DNA of 64,000 bases from Macrostomum hystrix (taxonomy: Eukaryota > Animalia > Platyhelminthes): positions 17,918,001 through 17,982,000 of the forward strand of contig CATNEN010000038.1 in assembly GCA_950097015.1 (NCBI GenBank), in the 5' to 3' direction. The notes beneath the pieces are model-generated. The model saw only the letters and a list, made by a program, of their open reading frames with translations. It searched no databases and was not told the origin of the DNA. Positions 12,908 to 25,193 of this stretch are shown in pieces. How positions within the stretch are numbered: position 1 is the first letter of the stretch; every line of letters begins with the position of its first letter. The translations under genes were made by a program, and so were the position numbers.

Positions 12908-14104
12908 GGTTACAGTAATTCCACTTGCACTGATACTGTATGCACATTCTGCGAACGGCAGGTTCTAATAGTAAAAATCTCCAATATTATTCAAACGCAA
13001 TGATACCTCTTTTTTAGCCTGACTCAGTATTAGAGTGACATCTGCAGGGCATGCTGCACAGCTCAAATATAGATTGTAGGTTTGTTATTCACCTTCACTA
13101 AATATGGTGATAATGCGATTAATAATCAAGAATAGTATATGATGCCGAAACTATTTTCCTATTCTGTCATTCAACGAAATATCTGCACCTTATGATAATA
13201 ACCTCTGATTGGTTAGGTGCAGTCATACTATGAAAACAATCAATATGAAGCTAAGAATTTGAATAAATGGTCAAATTGCCCCTTTTGCACGCTTGTGACT
13301 TTGACCATTGGTCTAATTCTCGCTTCATATCAACCTTCCACATTGTTTGGACAAGATTAGCCAAGCTTTAGACAAATATTACAAACTGACCATTCTGGAA
13401 GCTCAATTATTTTCCCGGACCTCCTCCCCGAAGTAATCGTCACTATAAGCTGTGTATGATCTCATTGCGCCTGGGTAATTTCCGCGACAAGCTAACGAAG
13501 CGCCCTAAATGCGGCCTCGCCGCCGAGTCGAGCTCTGCTACTCAATCCACTTTTATATTCACCTGTGAGTTAATCAGTCGTGGTCGCTGTTGATCAAACG
13601 TCCAAGAAAGTGATTCAATGGCTCCTTTGATTGTGACCTTGCCTTCCAGGTTAAACGCAGAAAAGGTTCTAGTGAAATGGCCGCATGCAATTTGGTCTCT
13701 CAAGTAATAGTAAGTGCTTGTTATCAAGATTGCGATTCTGCATTGTTCATGGCTGGACCGAATGAACAATTGCAAGCTGCAGTCCAATTGAGCCTATGGG
13801 TAGAATATTCTGAGAGTGGACGCCTCAAACCATTGGACAATGCAAAGAGTTACTTATTAGAAACTATACTCTTGGATGCAATTGTGGTCTAGCACACAAA
13901 CAATTGAGTTCCCAATTATTTCTGCAAGCCATGGACACACATTAAACCCAAGCCGCATTGCTATGAGGGCGACTAGTGCGACTAGTGACATGTTTCACGT
14001 GAATTTCGTTTCAAAAATTTTAACAAAGCTACAAGTTCCTAAAATGATGACCTGCTATTGTAGAGCTTCTATGCGAATTTAACAAAACGAAGTTTTATGG
14101 TGGA

Positions 14105-14690
14105 AGCATATATTTGATGGAATAGCACCATGGATTTGACGGGATGGCACCATGGATTTGATGGGATGGCACCATGGATTTGATGGGATGGCACCATGGA
14201 TTTGATGGGATGGCACCATGGATTTGATAGGATGGCACCATGAATTTGACGGGATGGCACCATGTATTTGATGGCACAACCATGGATTTGATGGTATGGC
14301 ACCATGGATTTGATGGCACAACCATGGATTTGATGGGATGGCACCATGGATTTGATAGGATGGCACCATGAATTTGACGGGATGGCACCATGTATTTGAT
14401 GGCACAACCATGGATTTGATAGGATGGCACCATGAATTTGACGGGATGGCACCATGTATTTGATGGCACAACCATGGATTTGATGGTATGGCACCATGGA
14501 TTTGATGGCACAACCATGGATTTGATAGGATGGCACCATGAATTTGACGGGATGGCACCATGTATTTGATGGCACAACCATGGATTTGATGGTATGGCAC
14601 CATGGATTTGATGGGATGGCACCACCATGGATTTGATGGGATGGCACCACCATGGATTTGACGGGATGGCACCATATATATGATGGGATG
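14105..14690. repeat. 20-22-bp minisatellite GATGGCACCATGGATTTGATGG with higher-order variants
   Basis: Tandem units are directly visible. The ORFs over it are repeat artefacts. Confidence 0.97.
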
Positions 14691-15105
14691 CACAAAAACC
14701 TTGGATTTTTTATGTAGAAGTTTTTTTTCTAAATGAATTCTTAAATGCGATAAAAAAATTGTGAGAATCACTCCGCAGTTCCATACTACTTGCCGCTGCA
14801 AAGTTAGTTTTAATAGGTATTTTTAGAATACAAATACGCTCGTAGTAAGTTATTGCGGCAGAAATGATTTAAAAGACTTATTCATTCCAATCTCAAGTTA
14901 TAGAAGCAGATTGATTTGCGCAAAACAGTATTTATTTCAAGAGGAAAGAGCAAGACGAAAATTATTTAACAATAATGCATGACGATTTAGTTGATGACTT
15001 GCATTATTACTTTGTTTATAACTGGCAACGTTAAGACATAGGCGAGTAGGGCAATAAATTGGTTGACTTATGGAGCACAAAATTTGAGACCTCTCGCGCC
15101 AAAAC

Positions 15106-18100
15106 TCAGGTCTGATAATGAGTCCTAATCCTGGCGAAGTCATTGAGCAAGTTGAAGGTGTTGGCGTGTCCCTGATTGCCGTAGCCCATGTGCAAGAATC
15201 TGTGCACAGCCACTGTGGCATTGTTAGTCTCGTCGTAGTTCCAACCGTTAGCCACAAGCTGCGAGCAGCCGACAGCTCTCCAGCGTTTGCTGTCGTCTGT
15301 CGACTTGGCCATCGATTTCTTGGAGACTGCAGAAGTGTGAGTGCGAATGTCAAAGAATATTTTTCCGACTAAAAACTTAAACGGGACTTCAAGATTTCCA
15401 ATATCAGCCCGTCTTTCACTAAATTCCCTTTTACTTCAGTACGTCCAGTTGAGAATGAGTAGCAGCATTTACGCAGTAGACTTACAGTAGGGTTGACACT
15501 TTTTTTCCCAGTTCACTAGTGAGGTGTCCATCAGCGGCGACGTCAACCTAGCCGGGTACAGCAGGACAGGCTCAGTGGCCTGGCAGTCTGGTCCAGCAAC
15601 TTTCGCACAGTTAAGCCAGTCCCTATAGAGACCGGTGAGGAAATCTGGCCCGGTAGTCAGTCTGGCGTGACTGATTGACGGCATGCCCAGCATCCTGTTG
15701 ATGGCCAGCTTGAAGAACGGATGTCCAGGCCTTGAGCCCATCATTGAGTTCATGGCGCAGTAGGAATAGCCGTACAGGATGCGGGTCTGCTCGCGTCGCT
15801 CTTCTGTCAGGAAGGCTTCGGCTTTGGCGTCCGTTTTGATACCCTCGAGGCTCTCCACCACCGATGCCTGGCCGAAAAGCTGGCTCATTGGTCGGCGGCA
15901 TTCCACGTCCATGTCCAGATAAACACCTGCGTGATTCATTCATTCATTAATGAATAGAATATGCATTGGATTGAGATATCTATTTTTTACACAGATTCTT
16001 AATCGACCAGTTACAGAAAAATACCGATAAGCTTTACTTCATAACTACCGAAAATAAGGAAGACACGGCAGACATAAGAACGGGATAGAGATAAGACAAT
16101 AGAGACGAGATGAGACACGGGAAATATGAGACCCGAGAGAGATGAGACTCAGGAGAAATAAGACATGGAAGAGATAAGACATGGAAGAGATGAGACACGA
16201 GAGAGATGAGACACGTGAGAGATGAGACACGGGATAGATGAGACACGGGAGAGATGAGACACGGAAGAGATGAGACACGGGAGAGATGAGACACGGGATA
16301 GATGAGACACGGGATAGATGAGACACAGGAAAGATGAGACACGAGAGAGATGAGACACGGGAGAGATGAGACACGGAAGAGATGAGACACGGAAGAGATG
16401 AGACACGGGAGAGATGAGACACAGGAAAGATGAGACACGTGAGAGATGAGACACGGGATAGATGAGACACGGGAGAGATGAGGCACGGGATAGATGAGAC
16501 ATGGGAGAGATGAGACATGGGAGAGATGAGACACGGGAGAGATGAGGCACGGGAGAGATGAGACACGTGAGAGATGAGACACGGGATAGATGAGGCACGG
16601 GATAGATGAGACATGGGAGAGATGAGACATGGGAGAGATGAGACACGGGAGAGATGAGGCACGGGAGAGATGAGACACGGGAGAGATGAGACACGGGAGA
16701 GATGAGACACGGGATAGATGAGACACGGGAGAGATGAGACACGGGAGAAATGAGACACGGGAGAGATGAGATACGGGAGAGATGAGACCCGGGAGAGATG
16801 AGACACGTGAGAGATGAGACACGGGATAGATGAGGCACGGGATAGATGAGACATGGGAGAGATGAGACATGGGAGAGATGAGACATGGGAGAGATGAGGC
16901 ACGGGAGAGATGAGACACGGGAGAGATGAGGCACAGAAGAGATGAGGCACTGGAGAGATGAGACATGGGAGAGATGAGACACGGGAGAGATGAGACATGG
17001 GAGAGATGAGACACGGGAGAGATGAGACACGGGAGAGATGAGACACGGGAGAGATGAGACACGGGAGAGATGAGACATGGGAGAGATGAGACACGGGAGA
17101 GATGAGACACGGGAGAGATGAGACACGGGAGAGATGAGACACGGGAGACATGAGACACGGGAGAGATGAGAGGGGGGGGAGGCTGCACACTGCTGTTCTC
17201 ACCCCCGAGTTTGTGCAGAATCATGTAACGAATCGAGTCGGATTTCTCCAACCTGTCTCGGTAGCTCCGATACTTGTGAATAAACTGTCCATAGTGCTCA
17301 GCTATAAACCTGTCGCTGTCATCATCGCTCCATAGCATCACCTGCCAATCAGGATTCTGGTCTAGACAGCTTTTAATATGCGACCGGTACGTTGCAAACA
17401 CCTGACTATTTTTAAACACATAGTGCAGTAATTTTGGTATGCCTTCAACTCTAATGCCTCCTTCTGTGCTTGTTGCTGGAATCGCTGCAGGTAGTACTGA
17501 TGGCTGGTTTCCTGCGGTCGCATTTTGCATCTTTTTTGGACAAGGCAGATATGTCGAGCACTGACAAATGGTCTTCTTTTCTTGACCGCCACTAGTTGAG
17601 TTTATCATGTGGCTCTGTGAAAGTCAAATGAAATTATCACTACTTCAATATTTGAATATTGTTTCAATTGCGAGCGCTTCCAAACGCCATGTACAGCTGT
17701 TCAGTCCGTGGACAGCTACCAGCTCTAACTGTGCTTGGCTTACAAGGATTTGGGGATTGTAGTCTAGTGGTTGGATTGTCGCACTTGCGTCTTGAAGATC
17801 GGGGGTTCGATTCCTCACTCCACTGTAAAATGGGTACCAGCATCATGTAGGGTAACTGAGGGTGAGTGTTAACCCCCCCCCAGTCCATGGACTGAACAGC
17901 CGTAAGCAGCCTTCAGATACGCCACGCAATAGCTGCGGCTGTGCTTTCGGCTGCACATCTGGTTCAATGAGGACAGGTGTAAAAAAGTAATTATTACCCT
18001 GCAATTGGCATCAATGGAAAGCTGAGGTCAAGGTTACTGTATTCATTTTATTACAGCCTCCGGTCTCCCCAGTCCATGGACTGAACTGAATACACAGCCT

Positions 18101-18360
18101 TTGGAAGATTCTGACACTGCCACTAGCTGTACTACCACTACTAAATATTCAGATTTCGGTTTGTTACTGCGGTTTAGGGAATGTTCAGTTTATGAATGTC
18201 CAAGTTAAGGAAATGTTTATTTTAGGGAGTGTTGAGATTAGGGAATCGGAGAGTTCAGGAATGTCCCGTTTATATCACTTACCATGTAGAGAAGTCCTAG
18301 ACAAACCACGATAAGTGAGATTAGACGCAATAGTCGTGCCATGTTGCGCCGTAGCTCCAT
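15106..18360 (-). CDS. Second GT32 family DXD glycosyltransferase, ~383 aa; exons 18360-18283, 17614-17203, 15926-15486, 15326-15106
   Basis: TM exon MELRRNMARLLRLISLIVVCLGLLYM, IPKLLHYVFK, NPDWQVMLWSDDD, EKSDSIRYMILHKLG|GVYLDMDVEC, MNSMMGSRPGHPFF, TTGPDFLT. All four exons join in phase through GT-AG introns. Confidence 0.9.
16060..17172. repeat. 17-bp minisatellite GAGAGATGAGACACGGG in intron 2 of the second GT32 gene
   Basis: About 60 tandem units. Same family as 31610-32140. Confidence 0.97.
17752..17990 (+). mobile_element. tRNA-derived SINE family 2 (internally deleted)
   Basis: GGGGATTGTAGTCTAGTGG (A box), GGTTCGATTCC (B box), CTGTAAAATGGGTACCAGCATC, and a 3' region shared with 20772-21065. 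Confidence 0.8.
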
Positions 18361-20169
18361 TTGATTTGAACTGTTGTCTTGTTCTATCGGTTACAATCGT
18401 TATAATTAGCCTTTAAATCGATAACAAATGTGTCGTGCTTATATTTGTGCCACGACCATAGACTAAAGATCTCGGGTTCTGTTTATTTATCACAAGCCAA
18501 TATACACAAGTGCCATTTATTTAAATTTAAATTGCAATTCTTTGCTATTGCATGGGTTGTTCACGCAAAGTCACTCTTTTCTAAAATACAATTTCCTCAC
18601 TGGCCATTGTTACAAAGTCCAAAATAGGGACGGCGACTAGCTCTGTCTTATACAAGGTCTGTGAAGCCTATGGCTGTACATGTTTGTGTTGGTTCTCGCG
18701 TACACGCTTCTGAGAGAGAGAGAGAGAGGAGGAGGGAATGTTGGCAGTTTCTGTCACTTGAAAAGTAAGCTGAATAAGAGAGGTAGAACGAAGAACAGGG
18801 GCAACACAGGTTTAGGTCTGTTTGCTATTGCCTGCAGTTCCAAGCGTTGTCATATGGGCTGTAGAGTTTTTTACATACCAATAAGAGCTACTCTTTCTAG
18901 CTTTTAGAGGAGGACCTGAAAAAAGTTATGCTTCGAGTGAATGTGGTCGGTTTGGCTCCCGGTACTTGGCACTTCGATCAGTAATTGCTAAACCAAGGCG
19001 TTAGGACGCTCATTCAGTACTCCTGAGTCAATAGTTAAACATTTTTGCACTATAGTTAAATATTAAATAGTTAAACCTCTATAATCAAGTTCAATAAAAC
19101 TGCATTCAAATTCGGACAACCTCTTTGGCTATAACTTGTGAACTGCATTGAAAAACGCTGAGCAAGGGTTAATAAACATCGTTAAACTATGTCTATGGGG
19201 ATTCCCACAGGGAATTCCCTTTGGATTCTTGTATTTCAAACGTTAAGTGTGCATTTTCAGTCTTATTTGAGCCAGCGTGCGGGAATGAAGGCAGTCGTGC
19301 AGGAATGAAATAATCTATGGCCAAATCTCCACTGTTTTACACATGGACATCGTGCAGGAATGACACTCTCCGTTCCTGCACGCAAACAATTTATTTATAT
19401 GTATTTGATTTATTTTTAACCCCCTCTCTCTTTCCTCCCTCCACACTTTATTCTTACTATGAATTTTGTCTATGGTTAGAATGGCTCTATAAGAATGAAA
19501 TTCATGAACGCCTACTCGTGCGTCTATGGCCGAAGCACTCGTGCTTTTCCCATTGACGCACTCGTAAGCGTTCAAGAATTATACATTGTCCAGTGCAGCC
19601 GATGAGGATGAATGGCATAACTTCATAACTTAATGTCGAATTTGCTAGCATTTTGCCAAATTTAAATGCAGTTGGATCAACATTCCTTCACCAGTTTTTG
19701 CCCAGGTATTATAGCAAGTGTTATGGACGCTCTGGCAGGTCCCAATGCAAGTCGCGCTTACCGGTCGAGACGCGGGCTGTTGAACAGGTAATAGCTTGGT
19801 CTGACGAATTTTGTCAATTTGGTTGTGGCTGTGCATAGCATGAAATAGATTGAGCGGCGATATTAGAAGTGCCCTGGCAAGGGCAGAGGCGTTATGCACC
19901 AAAAAGCCAAGGTCAAGCCAGGGTTGGATATGGTTGCACACTTGATAATATGGTAACATGAAATGGCTAAAAAAATACAGGTGATGCGACTTATAACCAA
20001 TGATTTGTGTTTATCTTAAGTGTATTTTCTACATCCTGGCAGAAAATGTTAAAACCGGACAGGAAAACTTTTTTTAATGCGTGTTTACACTGTCACTGCA
20101 AGACTCATGTTTTGGTGCTGTATATATCAGTATTAATTTATATTCAAGTGAAGAGGGAAAAAAGCATAC

Positions 20170-20788
20170 TTGTAGCCTAATGGGGGTTGTTGCCAAGTGG
20201 GGGGTTGTAGCCTAGTGGGGGTAATTGTAGCCTAGTGGAGGGTTGTAGCCTAGTGGGGGTTGTAGCCTAGTGGGGTTGTAGCCTAGTGGGGGTTGTAGCC
20301 TAGTGTGGGTTGTAGCCTAGTGGGGGTTGTAGCCTAGTGGGGGTTGTAGCCTAGTGGGGTTGTAGCCTAGTGGGGGTTGTAGCCTAGTGGGGGTTGTAGC
20401 CTAGTGGGGGTTGTAGCCTAGTGGGGGTTGTAGCCTAGTGGGGTTGTAGCCTAATGGGGGTTGTTGCCAAGTGGGGGGTTGTAGCCTAGTGGGGGTAATT
20501 GTAGCCTAGTGGGGGTTGTAGCCTAGTGGGGGTTGTAGCCTAGTGGGGGTTGTTGCCTAGTGGGGTTGTAGCCTAGTGGGGTTGTAGCCTAGTGGGGTTG
20601 TAGCCTAGTGGGGGTTGTAGCCTAGTGGGGGTAATTGTAGCCTAGTGGGGGTTGTAGCCTAGTGGAGGGTTGTAGCCTAGTGGGGGTTGTAGCCTAGTGG
20701 GGGTTGTAGCCTAGTGGGGGGGTTGTAGCCTAGTGGGGGTTGTAGCCTAGTGGGGGTTGGAGCCTATAGTTGGGGGTTGTAGCCTAGT
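20170..20788 (+). repeat. 17-bp G-rich minisatellite GGGGGTTGTAGCCTAGT (~35 copies) identical to the head of the adjacent SINE
   Basis: The last unit runs directly into GGTTAAAGCGTCTCGGACTCG..., the tRNA-like body. Confidence 0.95.
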
Positions 20789-21065
20789 GGTTAAAGCGTC
20801 TCGGACTCGCAACTTGAAGGTCGGGGGTTCGATTCTCGACTCCTCTGGGACAATTTGTGGTTTTTAGCAAAACACTTAACTCTGGTTTGCCTTAGTTCAC
20901 CCAGCAGTTAAAAGGGTACGTACCAGCATCAGGGTGTGTGTGGTCTCCTGCAGTCATTGATTTAACAGCTGTACGCAGCTTTCAGATGCACCGCGCAATA
21001 GCTGCTGCTGCAGTGCTGACTGCTGAACATCTAGCCCGATTGGGGCAGGTGGAATCAATAATCAA
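20772..21065 (+). mobile_element. tRNA-derived SINE family 2, full length, with a CORE-like central domain
   Basis: A box TAGCCTAGTGG, B box GGTTCGATTCT, central TGTGG..AGCAAAACACTTAACTCT..GCCTTAGTTCACCCAGCAGTTAAAAGGGTAC resembling CORE-SINE domains, (AAT)-rich tail. Confidence 0.8.
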
Positions 21066-22274
21066 TTATTATGAATAATTAATATGTTAACTACCAACCA
21101 ATAGTTTAGCAGAGATTCCGTTGTATACCATTCTCTAACAGGCACCTTATATGCATTATAACTCACTATTTTCAATCGCAAACAAAGTAAACTTTAATCT
21201 GCGTACTTTTAAGCAGTTTGTTGCCCAGCTGAATAAGCTAAAATCCTTTTACAGATGATTTCAGCTAGGTCGCGGCAGGTTTTCTAGGGCCATCCAGAGT
21301 TCGTATTGTTATGAGTACATTTTTATTTCACAAATCGATAATTGCTCATGTGGAAATCGAGATTAAGTTTTCTCAATAGCATTACGCTGTTGAGAATTTA
21401 GATAATGGTAACCTCAAATCAACTAAATTTTAACGAAAAATTCACAAGGTATCGATTGTCCATGTAAACTATTTGTCTATTTTATTTACTTTATGAAAAT
21501 TCAACAACTTCTATTTTGTCTGGCTATAGAAATATTTGATACACTGGAATGTGGATAAGTGCGACGTTTAGTTTGATCCTATAGATCTCTGACACAAGCT
21601 CAAAAGGAGGCCAGCTTATCTGCCAGGGCCTATACCGCGGCTGCCTAGTTTTCTTCACCAGCTTCGAGGTTTGGTCTCGGCATGCTGGAACCAATGAACC
21701 TGATTTGATCCAGCACAGTACGCGATGGTGACTTCCATTTTTGAAGCGGCACGAAATGGATATTAACGACACTAAATATCAGAGCGGGTAATAGTGGACA
21801 ACCCAGTACTGTAAAAGTTGCCGAATGTGTTCTGCTGGAACTGTCGCCGCCACAAGTACTCCTCCTGCAGGTGCGATTCGAACAGTCCGATCAGCCGTAT
21901 TCTCAGCTCGGCTTGAATCCATCCCAGTATTCTCAGCTTGGCACAAGCGTTTCTAGAAAACGCTCATCACAAATGCATGAACTAGTATAACTTAAAACTG
22001 CTAAATCTATAATTAGGACCTGGTTTGGTTAACATGTTAAGTATGACTGGCGCCTAGCTTTCAGCAGCTGTCTGATCGTAAGGAATGAAGACATAATAAG
22101 ATTTTTATAACGCTTATAGTTGTACGATTCGACAGGAAATGTTAAGATTTTTCGACATCGGCTCACGAGACTCGATGGATCAAAGAAACTGCAAATTTTA
22201 TGCAAAAATATGTTACAACTAACGTATGGCTGTGCATGTAAAAATTGGATGTCGATCAAAATCTGCAGTAATCT

Positions 22275-22420
22275 CGCAAAACCATGCTGCCAAAAGTAAC
22301 GGACTTGGCAGAACCAGCGGTAAAGAAGACCCTGTTAAGCTAGACTAGTCCGAATTTGTGAAGACAACGTGAGAGATGTAGGCAGTACAGGTTGGAGAGC
22401 GCATAAAGCGACTGTGAAAT
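22275..22420 (+). pseudogene. Degenerate 28S rDNA fragment
   Basis: CTTGGCAGAACCAGCGGTAAAGAAGACCCTGTTAAGCTAGACT..TTGTGAAG..GTGAAAT matches, with several indels, the conserved eukaryotic LSU stretch GCTTGGCAGAATCAGCGGGGAAAGAAGACCCTGTTGAGCTTGACT. Confidence 0.85.
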
Positions 22421-22641
22421 CGCTTGTCAACTAAACGTAGTCAACACGAGGACTACGTAATTGATCAATATTAGTAATACGTAAATAAGTTACTTGAGTC
22501 GTCTTTCTGTAATCAAATACTATTGCATAAAAATCAGCTAAAAATAAAATCCTCTGCCATAAAAAGATATGATTTCTTAAATATAACGAACAAAATCGTT
22601 TTTTCTCTTGTTGCATAGAAGGATTATTGCAGAATGACCAG

Positions 22642-22961
22642 CCGTGTTGACGACTCTTAGGCTACATCGAACATGCGCGACGGTCGCCTAATAGGCAACT
22701 CCGAACATGTTATTTGTTCCGAGAACATGTTCTTTTAAATTAATAAGGCTACTTAATGTATATTAATAAATTAATAACATGAAGAAAAAACTATGCATTC
22801 CTTGGCATGAGGTCAACAGACAAGACAGAGTTAAACCATGTGTGTGTGTGTTAAACCATACTAGACATAGTATGGGTTTGTTATTATTATTAGGCTTGTT
22901 ATTAGGCGACCGTCGCGCATGTTCGATTACTGTTTCTTAGACCCTATCTCTGTCAACACGG
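22642..22961. mobile_element. MITE-like element
   Basis: Perfect 28-bp inverted repeat 22666-22693 / 22900-22927 plus outer 10-bp IR CCGTGTTGAC (22642) / GTCAACACGG (22952). AT-rich non-coding core. Confidence 0.7.
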
Positions 22962-24789
22962 GTGCAATGACATAGCGGCTTGATAATTTTTTTTCATGCC
23001 TCAGCTGAATTATATTTTAACGTTTATTTTCACTTTATGTCTGCGCCTATTGTGTTTTTTAGTTCGTTTCAACTGTTTTAAACAATCCAACTTTTGTTAA
23101 ATTGTTTTATTGGGTCGACAAGGTTATTGCGGCAAGTTCTTAGAATTTTCCATGAATGGAAAAACCCAGAACTTTTTGTTGACAGGGTGGGAGAAAACTG
23201 TAAGCTTACATAGCCTATGGTCTATAGAATTTTACTATTAGGTTCAAAATACTAGGTATTTTATTTGCATTTTTCGATTTAAGACTTAATAAATTTAAAA
23301 CAAATTTTGTCCAAGACTTAATGATGCACAACAATTCTCGATCGGTTTTGACCAAACTTTAACCCTAAAATAAAATAGTCAATTGGCCTAACATTTTTCT
23401 GCTGTACTAAGTCCAGTTAAACAAAATTCTTATCAAAAAAACTTTTTTACTGCTTTAAAGTGTATTAGTTTTTATTTGAAGAGTAGGCCTAGCTAAAATT
23501 TACTGAGGGAGGGAATATATAACCAGTTGTATGTCTAGATCTATCATTCTATTCCCTGTCCATTAGGCCTATTTTTTAGAAGATAGTCTAGACTCTAGAG
23601 AGTAGATACATTATTTATTTTGCTTGCATCTTAGTAAAATTTTTCAATATTGCAGTCAATTTTGGGCTATCTAAAAAGTAAAATATTTTATTTGAAGTAG
23701 GCTATCTTAGCTAATAACAGGTCTACACATTAGGCTTGTTTGTTTTGTAAAGGCATAACTGTCACACTATGTTCTATCATTTTGTCTAGGCCAACTGCCT
23801 TTTGCTACTGCCAGTTTGTCTGCAGTAATTTCGTGGGGTCATTTTGTCTATCCTGGTCCTCTATGCATGAATAGGCCTACACAAGCTGATATCCAAATAT
23901 TCTATGTACCTCTGCAATAGTCTTAGCTGGTTAGTCAGTAATACAGTTTGGTTGTGAAATCAAGACATAGGCCTACACTGACCTAGTAGGCCTAGCACAA
24001 ATTGGTGCCTATTCACAGCATATCTGAGTACACCAGTGCAACCAGTGCTAGGCCTAATAACTAGGCATATCAGCTCAATAGGCCCTAATTAATTAGAACA
24101 TAACATAGCTAGGGCCTAGTATAATTAACAAGGCTGAAGCATCTGTTGACTTGTGCTTGCACATATTTGCATAATAAGGAAAGGAAAGCCTTGAATTGGG
24201 CTTTTGAAAAATTAGACAAACATACTAGAGTTAATCTTTTATCTCAAATTGAAACATTTAAGTTTAATTGTTTAAGTTATAAGAGCTATAAAGTTTCACA
24301 TATCTCTCACATTTTGCTTGTCTGCCCTGTCATTCATTATTAGTTTTTTCTTTAGTTAATTTAGTTCATTTTTAATATAAGCATAGGAACTAATAAAATA
24401 AATTTTCTTAAACTGCTAATAAATTTTATTTATTCACTAGCACAATTTTTCACTAGCGCACTGGATGCTGTCTGCAAAAACCCCTTTTGGCTCCAATAGG
24501 GATCATTATATGGCCAATTGACTAGACTTTTGTTTTGGATCTAATCACAAGTAATTACCTGATTTGTTTATTTACCTTAAACATTGAATTTAGGAACAAT
24601 TAAAAATGTTATACTTAAACATATATTTTGGCAAATTTGCTTTAGAAATTCATTCAAATCATAGGTTGATACTGTAATAACATTTATAATGTTTCTATAA
24701 AGTGTGAACATTTACATATTCTAATTTTTCTTAATGCCTCTGTAAGCATAGAGTGCACTAAGCTACAAAAATATTATTGTTCTGTGAGG

Positions 24790-25050
24790 GACTTAACACA
24801 CATGCACACAAATACCATACACGGGCTTATACTGGTGTGAACATCGGCCCTGACGTTCTTCATTGTCAGCCAGTGTACACTCTAACTGTGCCTTGGAGTT
24901 TGGCCCTCAAGGGTGTGAATTGCACGACAAGCCACCAAGCCTTCTCTTCGCGACTGCGCCCCAAATGAATGTAACCTCGCTGTGGAATCGAACTAAGGGA
25001 CCTCAGTGCGAGAGGCAAACGCGTTAACCACTCTGCCACCGACCCCCCTT
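24790..25050 (-). mobile_element. SINE family 1, 5' two-thirds
   Basis: Minus strand GGGGGTCGGTGGCAGAGTGGTTAACGCG...TAGTTCGATTCC. Confidence 0.85.
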
Positions 25051-25193
25051 TTCCAGATGCTTATCTTAGGCCTCAAACCCATTAACTTGTATGCTGCTTC
25101 TTTTTATTGGTAAGATTCAACTAAACATAACCAAAACAGAATAATAAAAAATGAAATATGCGACAAACATTCCAGCTTTTTTCGATACCTAGA

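Noticed and set aside
16034-17202. Long Ser/Leu/Pro/Cys-rich ORFs (also 3606-3929, 14069-14801, 31572-32269, 35550-36474, 54673-55669)
   Set aside because: Stop-free translations of minisatellites, often open in several frames. Where a real exon precedes them, a canonical donor ends it.
20772-20845. tRNA genes (also 17752, 32988, 35543, 51053, 53150)
   Set aside because: No closing acceptor stem or oligo-T terminator. Each continues into a shared SINE body.
21500-21960. GC-richer, exon-like stretch
   Set aside because: No recognisable protein or consistent splice structure in the frames examined.
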